This document shows, piece after piece, positions 1 to 13,725 of a stretch of 64,000 nt of DNA; position 1 is the stretch's first letter; every line of letters starts with the position of its first letter. This DNA is from Octopus sinensis (lineage: Eukaryota), in the NCBI RefSeq assembly GCF_006345805.1, contig NC_042997.1, forward strand, positions 28,830,001 to 28,894,000, in the 5' to 3' direction. Both the position numbers and the translations under genes were made by a program. Below the pieces are notes generated by a model. The model worked only from the letters and a program-made list of their open reading frames with translations. It was not told the origin of the DNA and did no database searches.

Positions 1-1039
1 TAACTCATAAATCTGTTGGAGTGTGGCAAGTAAAATGGTCACCACTAGTTCATGACACAATCAAAGAATTCTTTTTTTCTAAATGAAACATCTAAGTGAA
101 ATTCTAATGTCATTAAATACTGTGTCGGTCACTCTTTATTTGCCAATATTTAAATAAACTTATACATGAATATAAAATTTGTATGAATGCAAATCAAAAT
201 AATCCTTGCAATTACCTGTTGCAAACATATTTCGTTTCGCAGTCTTATGCATATGTCAGCATTCTCTCTGGGCGTTCCTATCTACGACAAAAGCCTTCGT
301 CTGTGACTGATGGGCCTATGATATATACACAAACAATCCATCACTGTTTCAGATATGTATCCATTCACTGACTTACCACAACATACACGAATTTATCTTA
401 AGAAATATGAGTACATTGATGATACATTTCTTAAGGTAACAGATTACCATTTGGGGAATATTGTATTATACAGTTTTAGAATTGTATTTCCAAATCAAAT
501 GAGATGTGTTGGATTGGATTATGGAATTAAATACTATTATTCACCACATATTTGCTTTCGATTTTAAATAAATTCTAGGCATTGAAGATGCGATGGAATA
601 CTAAGCTATAGTGTATTAAGATTAATACATCTTGGTGCTCAATTCAGATAAAGCATTAATGATTCAATAATATTAATTCATGTTTGAGACAAAATATAAA
701 AATCTAATAAGCCAGCTACTTCTGTCAATTTATTTAACGTTTTCATATGTGCATATGGGTATGTATACTCTGTGTATGTTTGTGAGTGGGAATATGCGCG
801 GGTGCGTGTTTCTTTACATTTTTGTATGTACACATATTATTTTATCTTCTTAAAAGAATGAAACGATGTAATGATATATAGATTATTACACGGCAGGAGT
901 GTAAAAGATTTCGTGCTTAAGGGACATACAGCTATCTCGCGTTTGAATTCATATCACATTCTTTCTGTATAAGCGTTTATTAATTACTAAATGAAACCGC
1001 CCAGAGAACGTGGAATGCGTATTCGTAAAATCAGTACTT

Positions 1040-1660
1040 GTGGAAACAAGCCCGTTTTTTATTGCAATATGTACCGATGAGTGAGGAGGAAAGGCGAGAA
1101 GGAACACTTCAGAAATGTAACAGATCCTTTCCCTTTGGAAACATAAAAACAGAAGCTTCAACCAGTCAGGTAGAAACTATGGCAAAGCCTCTCATCGAAG
1201 TGATGAACAAAAGCAGAAGTGCCCTTGCCTTTCTAACCAGAGTTTCAGGGAAGCTGCATCTTGTGCCATATCTATGACCTTTACCTCATCCTATTTCCGG
1301 ACCACCGGTGAACAATACTGAAGCAGAACCTAGCAGCCCGCCATATCGTTTAACAGCAAAGGCAAACTTCCTCAAGTGCCGACATACACGCCTTTGACTA
1401 CACCACAAATATGTATTCCTTTGGAAATTGATGACCGCTTGCAACTAATTGGCAACGGGCATCATGATCATCAGTTACTTCCATATTCACAATTTTACAT
1501 TGCATATCTTGTCTGTTCCTTCCGGAGAGCTAGCAATTTTAAAAACGTAGGGGAGGCAAACCTGACAGACAAGCAAAAAAAAAAAAGGAACAGAAACTAC
1601 ATCAACTGGAGCAGTACAAATAGTAAACAGGAATCAGCATGGCAATGCCTATGAACGTTT
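1040..1660 (+). mobile_element. Possible highly decayed Ty3/Gypsy gag (Zn-knuckle)-protease remnant
   Basis: Across frames: GRNYGKASHRSDEQKQKCP...SGKLH (eroded knuckle-like), then a DTGA-like relic near 1448-1465; GC above background; many stops. Confidence 0.25.
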
Positions 1661-2656
1661 TCAGGCCACCGAAAATTGTAGATAAGAGAGAGGAAAATGT
1701 ATCCAAAACTGATAATCACTCATACATTATGTAAGAATGAGTCCACTTAAATTCCTTTCACTCGAACAACAAATTAAACAGGCTAAATAGAAAGGCGGGA
1801 ACTACTCTCTCTCTTTTTTTTTCACATGGAGTCCTCCATGATTTCATAAAATGATTTCTTGTTACAGGGGTTAAACAAAAGATTATCAGAAATATAGCAC
1901 AGATTAATTTTCTCAAAACAGGATTTAAATGTCAGTGCCTATTCATGCAAAATTATCTGTGAAAATATTGTTAGCTGTTGTCTGAGTTGATTGTTCAGAT
2001 TTTTTTGCTAGTTCTAAAACAAGCGTGGCCTTGCTTTATAAACTCAGCTGCATCTCTGAATAAGTGATATAAAAGTAAAGAAATACAACATTGATTTCTT
2101 GTAACTTCCAACATATATAATAAGAAGTAAATGAATTGTGTCTATTTCAATATCCATTACTGCAGAGTTTTGAAAGTTATAATAGTACTTCTGCACTCAT
2201 TCCGAATATGTTTTACTAGTTTGCAAGCTTCTGGATGTATTTCTTTCGTCTTTCAAATTCGATAATTCTCAAACTTTGTCTTTTCCGCTTAAAGTACACT
2301 TCAATTATTCAGGGAATTGTTTTCAAAGATTCAGACCAACATATTTCTTTTATAATTTAGACACACAATTTTCTTTTTCCTTGTTTTCCAAAGTTGTACG
2401 TACATTTGTTTTTGTAAAGGAGAAAATGTTATAAATAAGATCTTTTGATACATTGATGATTCATATCTATAGTGTGTCAGCAAAGTTAAAGATTGATTAT
2501 GAATAAATCCAATCAATGAGATAAGAAAACATAACGCTGTAGCTGGATTCCCGTACAGTGGCAAATAGCAAGTCAAACAGTTTGAGGTGATACGCAATCA
2601 TTTTAGAAAAATCGCCCCGTTACACCCGAGAGAAATATGAAACAAGGAAGATAAAA

Positions 2657-3016
2657 TCCTTATCTTTTATCCTTTATTTGTTTCACTCATTAGACTGCAG
2701 CCATGCTGGGGCACCACCTTGATTTCATTTTAGAAGCAACTCTAGTTCTTATTTTCTTAACCAGGTACCTATTCTATCAGCCTATTTTGCTGCGTTGCGA
2801 AGTTACGGTGATGTAAACGCACCAACACCGGTGGTCAAGCTGGCACAAATGCGGGGAACACTGATACTAACACACACATATATACGACGGACTTTTTCAC
2901 TCAAAAGGCTATGGTCAGCCCGAGGCTATAGCAGAATACATTCGCTGACGGTGCCACGAAGAGGGAGTGAACTCGGAGACGTGTGTTTGGGAAGCATGCT
3001 TCTTACCATACAGTCC
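2657..3016 (-). mobile_element. tRNA-derived SINE family A, diverged copy
   Basis: Reverse-complement similarity to 22763-23165 (gactgcagccatgctggggcacc, ggtcagcccgaggctatag, cttaccatacag). Confidence 0.8.
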
Positions 3017-3854
3017 CATCTACACTTCCTCTCAGCTCCCCTTTAGCAGTACCTAAGTACTTTTTAAGAAAGTGCGTACACATATTTTCTAACGAAATAC
3101 CCATTATTATTGGATTTGAGCATATATAATGTTTTACGTATTCAGTCATCAATTATAAGTTTATGACAATTGTTTGGTGATACAGGCCAGTGTGGGTCTA
3201 TTATGTAACGATCAGTATTAAAGTTTAATAGAAAATATCCTGCTGCCTTGCAATAAATTTTACATCTGCTTTTATGAGTTACCGCACTCTTATCACTTCT
3301 ACGGGCCCATTTCGAATATCAGTTATTGTTTTCGGATTATTTGGCCAAATCTCATATTTCTTGTGTATCTCTTCCAGGTTTTCCATTTTAATGATGGCTT
3401 GCTTATTTTACCGAATTATCCGTTTCATTCTTCGCTGTTATACTCGCATCAGATCTATTTATTAATAGTTAGTCATGATTTCCGTATATAGATGGTTGAA
3501 CAACATACGTCATGGGATAATCTCCAGATTGTAGCAAAATTAAGTTAGCTACTTGCGATTTCTTATCCCATTTTGTTACAAACTTTTACGCTACAAAGAT
3601 ATACAAGCACACTTCAGTTGAGATGAAGAAACTGTTTTCGATAATGATTCATCATCACTTATATTTGGCATTTCTATTAATATTAGAAATAATGTCATTT
3701 ATATTTGCAAGGGTTTAGAAAATATATAGTATAGCTTAATTCTGCAATCATATTTATATTGAAATTTTGAATTCATATTATATCTCATGTAGTAGACCAG
3801 AGCAGCATATTAAAACAGGCAGTGAAAGTGATTTACATATACATGTATACATGT

Positions 3855-4155
3855 AGACGTGTGGAAATGGTTAGGATGTCGCACTCATGATCGCGAGATC
3901 GTTGGTTCGATTCCGGGACCGAGCAGTATGATGCATACTTCTGTAAAACACTTCATTGCATGTTGCTCCAGTCTACTTAACTATCGATTGATATCACCGC
4001 GACGAGCTAGAATTTCGGTCGGGAAGAATGTCGGCCTGCTGTCTTAGCCGCCAGAGTGGCGTCATTCTAAAGCTAATACGTGAAGAAAACTCAAAGAGAA
4101 CTTTGTGACTCGCGATTTATAACAAAATACGATAGTCGGAGTAATCACGGTTCAT
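3855..4155 (+). mobile_element. tRNA-derived CORE-like SINE family B, diverged
   Basis: A/B box-like gtggaaatggttagg...ggttcgattcc, followed by tgttgctccagtctact as in 18300-18633. Confidence 0.75.
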
Positions 4156-4869
4156 GTGACACTCCCCACCCACACGTATATATTTAGAGAGAGAGAGAGT
4201 GAAATGGGAAGGCAGAGAGAAAACGGTACTGAAATACCCATTTGTAGACGATTTGTTTTAAATTGTAATATACTTCTTTTACTAAATTAAGCCAAAAGTC
4301 ATAAGTTTGATGTTCTACTATGTCTTACTAAACATATTACTTGCAATATTTCAATAAAGATTGTTTTTATAATTGATATACTTTGACTGAACTCAAATTG
4401 TGTACGTGCACTGTATATTATTTATGCTCTAAAATAACATACTTAAGATAAGAAACATTAGTTGCTAAATATTAGTCCTGACCAACTAATCAATACTTTA
4501 GTAGTTGCTTTCTCGAACATGTAGGAGAAGCATTCATACATTACTCAGATACAAATTAAACAGAAAACGTAACAGTGAAATTTTGTAAGTGCATATGAAC
4601 TAAACTTTGCATGTCCATACTATCTTCATTTTGAAAATTTGCTCTCCCTTATTGGATAAAATTTCTAAAATTAGGTGGAGTGTTATCAACACAATAACTG
4701 GAATAAATTGAATCAACCACGTTAAGATAAAATCTGAAAATCCCACGGAAAAAGTTAATTATGGAAGGAGCATTTTGGTAAGAAAATTGGACAGCCTGCT
4801 TCGCTAGCTTAAGGAAATATGGACAAAATAGTATACACACTTCCCATTGATATTGGTCATTTAACATTA

Positions 4870-5576
4870 CAAAAAGTGGAAAATGAAACTAAGTCTAAAA
4901 CCAAGCAACAATGATAAAAGCTTGGATAGTACACTTCGTGTGGAAAGAATGCATGAAAGAAGAGATGCTCAATATTTGCCTGAAGAATTTCAAAGGAGAT
5001 GTATTGAATATGTGGAGAGAAAAGAAGAAGCGTGCATCTCCCAAGAATGGTGACCTAGCGGAATATACAGCAAATTATAGCGGAGTTACTTCATCAGAAT
5101 GAATATTGATGAACAGAATAAAACCATATCAAGACCCGAAACTCAGAAAAAATCTGAATCTGTTAAAACCGAACAGATGAATTATTTCACAAATATTGAC
5201 GCTGCCCGGGCTACCAGAAGGAATCAGATCAAAGAATTTGTACTAACATTTAGTAAGTTCAAAAAGGCTCTTGCTGCCATATCAAGAGGAAGGCTTATGT
5301 TGGTTCTAGTTGCACGTGACATACCTGAGACTTCACTTTCTGCTATAAATGTCCTCTAAATTAATAAGAAAACTCAAGTTTCCTTTCTGGATGGTGATAA
5401 CGAGTTTTGAAGTCATAGCAGTTGTTCTCAAGGTGAACAATTGTCAACTTATTTTATTTTCGCTCTGGTTCATGTCATGTAGACAGAGATTGTTAATGAG
5501 CAATATTTTGGCTTTACATATGTTTCAGAAAGAGGAAATCACTTCTACTTCATCTGCTTTATCTATTAGTCATTAA
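4870..5576 (+). pseudogene. Frameshifted L7Ae-family (RPP38-like) pseudogene
   Basis: Consecutive ORF pieces: KKALAAISRGRLMLVLVARDIP (L7Ae-type motif), then after a frameshift KLKFPFWMVITSFEVIAVVLKV; upstream FVWKECMKEEML...EKKKR resembles the RPP38 N-terminus as I recall it. Confidence 0.4.
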
Positions 5577-6477
5577 TATCGTGGAAAAAATCAATAATCT
5601 GGCTGGTGTTGCAGAGTGCCTAAGTAATGTATAGCAACTCTGAGTCTCTTGCTATAAACTCAGTTGCATTTTTTGAATAAATTCTAAATGATGTTGCATC
5701 CTCACATGTCTTTATTAAAAACGAGAAAGTATATCCCTGTCATATGACCACCTTCAGTAGTGCCAAGTGTGTGTACTTAAATCATATCTGACGTGAAGTG
5801 TTGATGTACGGTCTTTTACGCATAAATGATTGTATTACACACAAACGAAAGCTGTCACATGTCTCATTTGCAACGTGTATTATTATAAACCGAAACTTCT
5901 GTTGCTTCACTCATAAGTGAAGAGTTCGAATAAATTACTGTCAGAATAGTTTGAGGTTATGTGATTCTAAACAAACTTCAGACGTATATACGCAAATATT
6001 TTCTATGTGACAGGCTTAGCGAGCAATTTAAAAGGTTTCTAACTTTTATTATTTAAATACAGACTGTTCAGACGCTTTACTTCGAGTAAGTGCATACCAA
6101 CATTTTGAAATTGATATTATAACAATTGAACAGTATGTAAAATTATTTATTTACTCGCATTGGAGTTATGTTTAAGTAAGCATAGTTTAGAACGAAGTAT
6201 CAATTCACGAAGTGTGACAATGAATATTATATGAAATCGAAATCGACTTATTACCTATTAATAACAATAGATTATATGCTTTAACAAATACACATAAATA
6301 CCGATTTTCCTTTCTGTCATAACAACTGGAAACGATATTCGATTACCCTACCGAAAAGAAACTATTATAATCCCAAACACTGAATATCAACCCTTAAAAA
6401 TAACAGTGCCATTTTCTGACTTGTTGCATTTTACCTGGATTATCTAAACTGACATCGCAAAAAATGTATAAATATCG

Positions 6478-6685
6478 GTTTCAAATTTTGACACAAAGCC
6501 AGCAATTCTAGAGGATAAGGTGCAGTCGGTTACATCGACTCCAATGCCCAAATTGTATTTTATCGATCCTGAAAGGATGAAAGATAAAACGGACATCGGC
6601 TGAACTTGAAATCACAACGTAAGGACAGACGAAATGACACTAAGTGTTGTACTCGGCACACTAACGATCCTGACTGGGCATCGTT
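6478..6685 (-). mobile_element. SINE family C (central domain gcctttcatcctttcggggtcgat), diverged
   Basis: atcgatcctgaaaggatgaaag and gacgaaatgacactaag match the reverse complement of the 53119 copy. Confidence 0.75.
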
Positions 6686-7099
6686 TTAGAAGATGTAAAT
6701 ATATTAAGCTTATTATTCTTTTTCATGAAGAACGCGAAGGATACTGTGAGGCAGGTGTATTGCTATAAATAGGAAGTAATGATCAACAAAGGCTAATATT
6801 ATATGTATAAAGAAGAGAATCGGTGCATTATAGCGTCGCTAGTATTCTAGTGTACGGCGCAGGTGGATTCTCGAAAGAATAGTTCTGAATAACAGCAATA
6901 AAAAAATGCATGCACTAACATTTTTACATAGAAAAGCGGAGTGAGAATTATGAACTTGGTGCAAATATATCTAACTATCTTTCAGATGCAAAATTAACTT
7001 GATTTAAATACTGTTGGAGGAAAGGTTTCCCTGAATTTAATATGCATTATGTAAGCAAACATGAAGAAAAAATGTTAAATCGAAATTCTGATGTCATTG

Positions 7100-7565
7100 T
7101 AGCAACGCCTTGACGGCCTTTAGCCGAGCAATTCGACCTCGGTTATTATTTAGCTTTTTTAAAGTCCGGCACTTATTCTACCGGTCTTTTTGCCGAACCG
7201 CTAGTGGCGAATACGTACACAAGCCAGCACCGGTTTTCAAGCGGAGTGGTTGAGCACACACACAAACACACAAACACACACACACACACACACACATACA
7301 CACACACATACACACACAAGCACACATTTGTATCTGTTTATCTATTTATCAATATATATGTCTGTCTATCAATCAATCCATCTCTTTATATATATGTGTG
7401 TGAAAGGTTGTGTGTGTGTATGTGTGTGTATTGATAACGGATTTCAATAGACTTTCAGTTAACTTAACATATTCCCGTGTCATAGACTGGTCTGGGACTA
7501 TAAAAGGAGTTATGTACTCGAAGTGACGCTCATGTGTTTGGAATGTGAGTTTCTTAACCAAATCA
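7100..7565 (-). mobile_element. SINE family A with expanded internal (CA)n
   Basis: ttttgccgaaccgctag and ccagcaccggtt as in 55222-55649; (CA)n at 7255-7325. Confidence 0.7.
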
Positions 7566-8479
7566 TGCTGAGTACCCAGCGATATCGCAGTAATACTCTA
7601 CTTGTTTCATTAGTGCATTGCAATTAAAATATATTCAGCTGGACATTGAATTCATTTTCAGTGCTTCAGGAAACCAAGAATAATGAACTTTAGCATTCAT
7701 ATTTAACCACAAATAAATCGAAACAACCGAAACAGCTAAGATTTATTTACAAAGAACATATGCAGAGCAATAGCATTCTTCAACCAGAAAACTTGTAAAA
7801 TGTCTATTGTTGAACGACACAATTACCTCTTACAAAATCAAGGTAAACTGATATATTCTTGAATAAATTACTATGCTTTGAAATATGTGGGATCATTCTT
7901 CAATTTTCAATAAATTTCGCATGCAAATTGACACTTGTTTCTTACAGATAACCCATCAAAATTGTTCAGTGAGTGGCCATATCGTTCGTAAATTAAACAT
8001 TTACCGCATGAATATTTCATCCTATATTTATGCGTGTTGATTTACACTTCATACCAATAGTAGCTTGCAAATAATCCATATTCACTATCATCGAGACATT
8101 GACACTGACATTGTATATTTAGTTTGCTACAATCTACATCATACATTTCTCAATAGCAACCAGAGCATATGCATTTACGCAAAAATATATTCACTTCTTT
8201 ACAATATAGATGCCACTTCCTATTGCAGAACACATCAACACGCAGGACTTGAATATAAATACTATTGATAACTGGTGCAACCAGAGTTAATTATGCGGCA
8301 AAAGCATAACTGTAGTTACACTATATTGACGTTCAGCGTTTTTATTAATTATAGCGATCAGAGCGATTATATAAATGTCAGGAAAAAAGCCGAGAAAAAT
8401 CTCAGTTTTGTGGACAGATATTGACAGTTAATTAAAATAAAGCAATATCCCAATAGAATCCGATAGTTTGGCTTCAGAA

Positions 8480-9350
8480 TTCTTATTCATTTGGTGACAC
8501 AAAAGAAAATCATACCATTCAGATGGAAAATTATGACACAGATGTGATAATAATAAGAGTGTAATTTCAAGAGAACTCGGTGTTTCTCAGAAATTTATGC
8601 CTGATCGGAGAGGTATACCAAAAACCTCAGATAACGCAAAAAAAAATATGATAATAAATTCTGTATTAAACGTGATTAAATATTGCAACTGGCTTGGAAC
8701 GTTTATGAATGGGTTCATTTATATCTTCAAGTTGGAGAATGAGTAACACATGTAGACGTACAAATTTGTTCAGAAAAGGAATTTAAACAGGCATGGAATT
8801 TAGAATTTGAAATTCTAAATTTGCGAATGAATCTTGGGGCGACGTATTTCTTCTAAAATTCCTCAAATATTGACAGATGAAATGTTATGAATTAACATTA
8901 TTTAGAGACGTGATTGAAAAGTATTTTTGAACTTGTACACGACAGAGTAAAGAATACCTGACGAAATGGAGAACATGTTATACGGATAGCATGCACTAGA
9001 CTTGGGTATACAGCATCGATTTCGTTTTTTCGTGTATGGTGGATAGTATGCAATTAGATTTTGGAGAAAATAATTCTTGGGGTAATTTTCTAATACAACT
9101 CGATCTACAAGTACAGCAACAAGGATGGACGGATGACTCATATTCACATAATTGAATAAATATTATAGCGGAGCATAAAGAATTTTCAGGTCCAATATGT
9201 TAATATTAGAGGTATTGAAAAGAACTGAATGTTATTTCAAATCACATTGGGGAAAATATTCGAAAACTGTTACAGTTAGTCCTGTCTTATTTGGTGGTGC
9301 AGTGCTTCTTTCTTTTACCCAAAAATGTCAATTTTACAATTAATTGCAAT
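8480..9350 (+). mobile_element. Fossil pogo/Tigger-like (CENP-B HTH + DDE_1) transposase
   Basis: Relic motifs in the expected order: SRELGVS; VYEWVHLYLQVGE*VTHVDVQ; KFANESWGDVF; LQVQQQGWTDD; VLFGGAVLL (cf. IPGGxTSLLQP). Confidence 0.5.
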
Positions 9351-11333
9351 ACATAGATGAGAACATATCACAGATTAAACAATAGTTTTCTTTTAGCATA
9401 TTTATTACTGAAGATGTTAAACTACGCATATTAGGATAGATATTTCTCTCAGAGAGGTGTTTCAACCACTGAAGCAGAGAACATTGCTGACACAAGCAGT
9501 AGCCATCCGTCATGTTTGTGATTCACCTGCATTGATTGCTAGTCCCCATGGTCGTCATGTGTTGGTGGAATCACCCTCCTTGTTCAGCACTACTGACACT
9601 ATAATTTTCAAAGAAGTTATCCAGATGACTGAGCAGGAAATATCCATTTACTCTCGTTTTGCTGGCTAGTGTTCGAAAACTCGTTAACAATGTCTGCACA
9701 AGTTCTTCATAACTGTACAAACATTTTCACCTGGAAATTAGACGCAACCGTAGTGAAAGCATTCCATGCTTCTATTACACCGACAGTTACTTGTCCGGCA
9801 ATAACCACCTAATCTGCAGTAACTCAAACACATCAACCTTACTTTCCTATCGAGACAAGTCTGGGAGCCTCCTGCCCAAGTATTTGAAGCAGATACTCTC
9901 TCGTTGTTATATTTACTTTCATCCTAGTGATTCTGTTCGGTAAATTCAGGACAACATAGCTATTGCAGTCAAATATGGCTGCAAAGCAAGTCTCTTCCAT
10001 AAGATGGAGATGTCTTTAGTAATTCCGTTCTACGCACTATAAGGAGTGTCCAAACTTTAGATATATACCATAGTAAGATGAGCTTTTTATGCAAATATGT
10101 GTGATTTGGTATATCTCCTCAGATAAACATCCGCAAATATAGCAGAAGATGTGAAAGCTGTTTTGGTATTATTCTTCTCTCAAAACTGGATATAGTTTTG
10201 AAATACAAAAGATATACAGAATCCAGGTGTCACACAGGGAAAAAATTCTCAGAGTTGCCAACAGTTGCAAAGTAAGCATATACACATTGGTGATGGCAAA
10301 GTTCCATAAATTGCATTGCATGAAATCCTTTCTACAGTTTTTGAACATGCTTGAAACAAAACTTACCTTAAAACATGTGAGCTCACAATTACAACATTAG
10401 AATTGTATTTAAGATACCAACTTTTATGAGGAATGATTAAAGTTTCAACAAAACATTTCCCACCCGGTTTGCAATAAGAGTCACTCTAAATCAAGAACAG
10501 CATGGGGATATCTGAAGATAAAAGAACATATTAAATAAATGTGAGAAGTGTGAGACGTCAAGTACCACAAAGAAGTGTTATTTAATATTTAAGTTTTATA
10601 AAGGACATCATGACATTTAAATGTGATTAGATTGAAAATACTTAAGATAACATAAGCATAACTTCACTTTTCACATTTGCAATTGCATTTACTTTCATTG
10701 AAATACCATGTTCTCAGTATTATTTGAAGATTCGCACATGTGTCTGCATTTAAGGAAGCAAAACCACCTATCCTTAGAAATAGTGACAACACTGGAAATG
10801 TTGAAAAAGTTGACATGTAAGTTTTTGAAATATCTTGACATGACAGAGCAAAGTGGATATAAAATTTTAAATTAACACTCCAAAAGTAGTTGGAGATATG
10901 TCTTCAAAACATTTGGATAATTACTGGTATCACTATCGCCATTCCCTGCCTGTGCTTATATTATCCAGAGCTGAGAAAATTAGTATAGTAAATTGAAAAT
11001 CAATCACCACATTTTGACTAAACCTTTCGACAGAAGCTACAAAACACGAATGAAGCAGAGACTATTTTCAAAATGCTGGAAAAAGGAAATTTGCGTGAAT
11101 ATTAAACAAGAACTTGTTGAAACAAAGTACAGCATATATTATAAACAACATCTAATTATTGTTGGGTTTTAGATAATACCACGTCAAAACATGTGATCTA
11201 AAGAAAGATCTATGGCTATTAAATGAAATCCTTAAAGATTGAAAACGAATAAAATATCACACGCATATTAGTCTTTAGATAGCAATCCGTAAGTAGTAGC
11301 AAGTAACTACACCCGGACGTATATATATATATA

Positions 11334-12198
11334 GGAGGTGCTGTCAGAAATATCCGACCTTGATATACTTTTGTATAAAATAACAATTCGTGAGATGGCC
11401 GCACCCTTCCTGAGCATGCACCCAAAATTTCCTGTTGTAGGTTGCGTCATTCGCCCGCAGTGACGCGTTGAGTACAGACGAAAAGTGCGCTCTGCGATTT
11501 TTCTTTTTGAGACAAGATGACCGAACGCATTAAGGAAAGATACTGTATCAAATTCTGCCAAAAACTTGATAATACGCAAGCCCAGAGTTTCAAGAGGATT
11601 CAGAATACTTTTCAGATAATGCAATGGAAACAAAACACAAATAAATGAATGGTAGCACCGGTTCATAGATGACCGCACTTCAGTGGACAGTGAGCAATGA
11701 ATATTCACCACAGAGTCAGACAATTAACAAAGAATACTACCTGGGGGTTGTTCATCGCCTTCGTGAAGCTGTACGGCAAAAACTACAACTGACCTGTTGG
11801 CAGAAAACTCCACCATGACAACACAGCCGCTCATTCCACTCACGTCGTCCAAATTTTCTTCGTCAAGTAAAACATGCCACTTGTCAGCCCGGCTTCCTAC
11901 TCCCTAGACGTGCCTCAGTGTTACTTTTGGCTATTCTCTACGCCTGAAAAGAACACACACACAAACAAACACGTAGACACATCAAAGGAGAAGATTTAAG
12001 TAACCAGACGACATTAAGCACAGCTCTAGGGCATCCCTAAAGTGATTTCCAGAAATGTTTCCAGCAGTGCCAGGAACGCTGGTATAAGTGTGTCGCTTCT
12101 CAAGGCGAATACTTTGTGGGAAACTAAACCAAAATGGTGGGTTTTCTAATGTTACTTGCCATTTGACAAAAGGTCGGATTCCTTTTGACTACACCTCG
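11334..12198 (+). mobile_element. mariner element, internally deleted and decayed
   Basis: TIRs ggaggtgctgtcagaaatatccgacct / aggtcggattccttttgactacacctcg with TA flanks; CIKFCQKL, LHHDNTAAHS, YSLDVPQCYFWLF (YSPDLAP motif). Confidence 0.85.
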
Positions 12199-12286
12199 TA
12201 TATATATATATATATGTATTACTTTGGCCTATATGTAAATAAATTTATTGAAAAACATTTATGTGTTTTACAAATGTAAGTGCATT

Positions 12287-13509
12287 TGGAAACACCTAGC
12301 ATCATGCCATCATAAGTTTGAATTAAAATTTTGAAATAAAACTGTCAAAAGCTTGTCTATTTTATGTTTTTATTTATTTATTATTAGTGTTGCTTAATAT
12401 GTTTTGCTAAAATTACCGTTTCGTTTCAGATATCACCAGGAAAATGTAATTAAAAATTATTAAAATGACAGATCTATCACCCTTTCACAGAGGTAAAATT
12501 GTTGGTGCTCGTATGACAGGCACTAGTGTAATGAAAACAGCTAAAATATTTGTCGTATCAAGAAATACTGTCTCATCGAAACAAAACTCCGGAATAAAAC
12601 CAAAAATTCCAGATAGGGACCATAAGTCTCTTATGCGAATTGTTAGAAAGGATCACAAAAGCCAGCTTCCTAAATTACTGCAGAGCTTAATGACCACCTC
12701 GAGAACCCAGTTTCCACAAAATCTGTTTGCTGGGACAGCACAAAGACGGATTTCACGGGTCGGCTGCAATCAGAAAACCTATACTTTCAAAAACAAACGT
12801 TGCAAAGCCTTTAGAGTAGAGTATAAACCTACAGATTTACTCTCGAGAGCAGTGGAAGAATGTTATTTTCTCGGAAGAGTCATCCGTTACCTTACTTCCC
12901 ACTACCGGCCGAGTATACGTGTGAGAAGAGCCAAGAGAAGCATATGATCCAGTTTGCCTTTTTCCGACTGTTAAACAAGGAGAAGGATCTATGATGATCG
13001 GGGAGTGTGCTATATCTTGGGAATCTGCCGGACCAATGTTTTCTCTTCATGGTAGAATTAATAGTCAAGACTTTTTAAGAATATTATCTGACCAAATTCA
13101 TTCTATGATTGCGGAACCGTTTCCGAGGAGAAATGCAATCTTTTAGAATGATAATTCCCCAACTCACACAGATAAAGTTGTTACTGAATGGCACTAGAAA
13201 CATTCTAGTGAAGTTGAACATCTTATCTGGTCACCACATTCCCCAGATTTCAATATTATTGAACATTTATGCTGCATTTAAAAATCTATAAAACATGTAA
13301 GGAGTCGATATCATCCACCACCATCACCACAATAACTGGATACCGTTTTAGCTGAAGAATGGACAAACATTCTTTGAAAACAATTTAAACTTTGCCCGAG
13401 TCCATACGTCGTAGAATTCAAGCTGCAATTACTGCCAAATGCTGCCCTACCACATATTAAAATATATTTGTTTGAAATTTTAAGGTGCTTCTATTATTTT
13501 GTCAAACCC

Positions 13510-13512
<3 letters not shown>
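12287..13512 (+). mobile_element. Tc1-like transposon with degenerate transposase (about 12465-13460)
   Basis: MTDLSPFHRGKIVGARMTG HTH; WKNVIFSEES, PTVKQGEG, NDNSPTH, WSPHSPDFNIIEHL; right TIR ...ttgtcaaacccctg|ta; only the inner left TIR (ggaaacacct) remains. Confidence 0.9.
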
Positions 13513-13575
<63 letters not shown>

Positions 13576-13630
13576 TACATTATATGTAATATATATTATA
13601 TAAAAACAATTTATTATATACATATATATT
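13513..13630. repeat. (TA)n microsatellite, imperfect
   Basis: Direct reading. Confidence 0.95.
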
Positions 13631-13725
13631 ACCGTGTTAAAGAGAGTTATTCTCTTTTAGTGCCTTATTACACTTAACTCACTCACCGGTTCAATTTGTA
13701 TTCATTTACTTATTCTTTCTAAATT
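13631..13725 (-). mobile_element. Fragment of the same family as the 26194-26567 element
   Basis: gagagttattctcttttagtgccttatta...actcaccggt matches 26267-26313. Confidence 0.75.

Noticed and set aside
2020-2062. Short motif ttgct(t)ataaactcag(c/t)tgcat shared with 5645-5680
   Set aside because: Too short; probably the remnant of an old dispersed repeat rather than a regulatory site.
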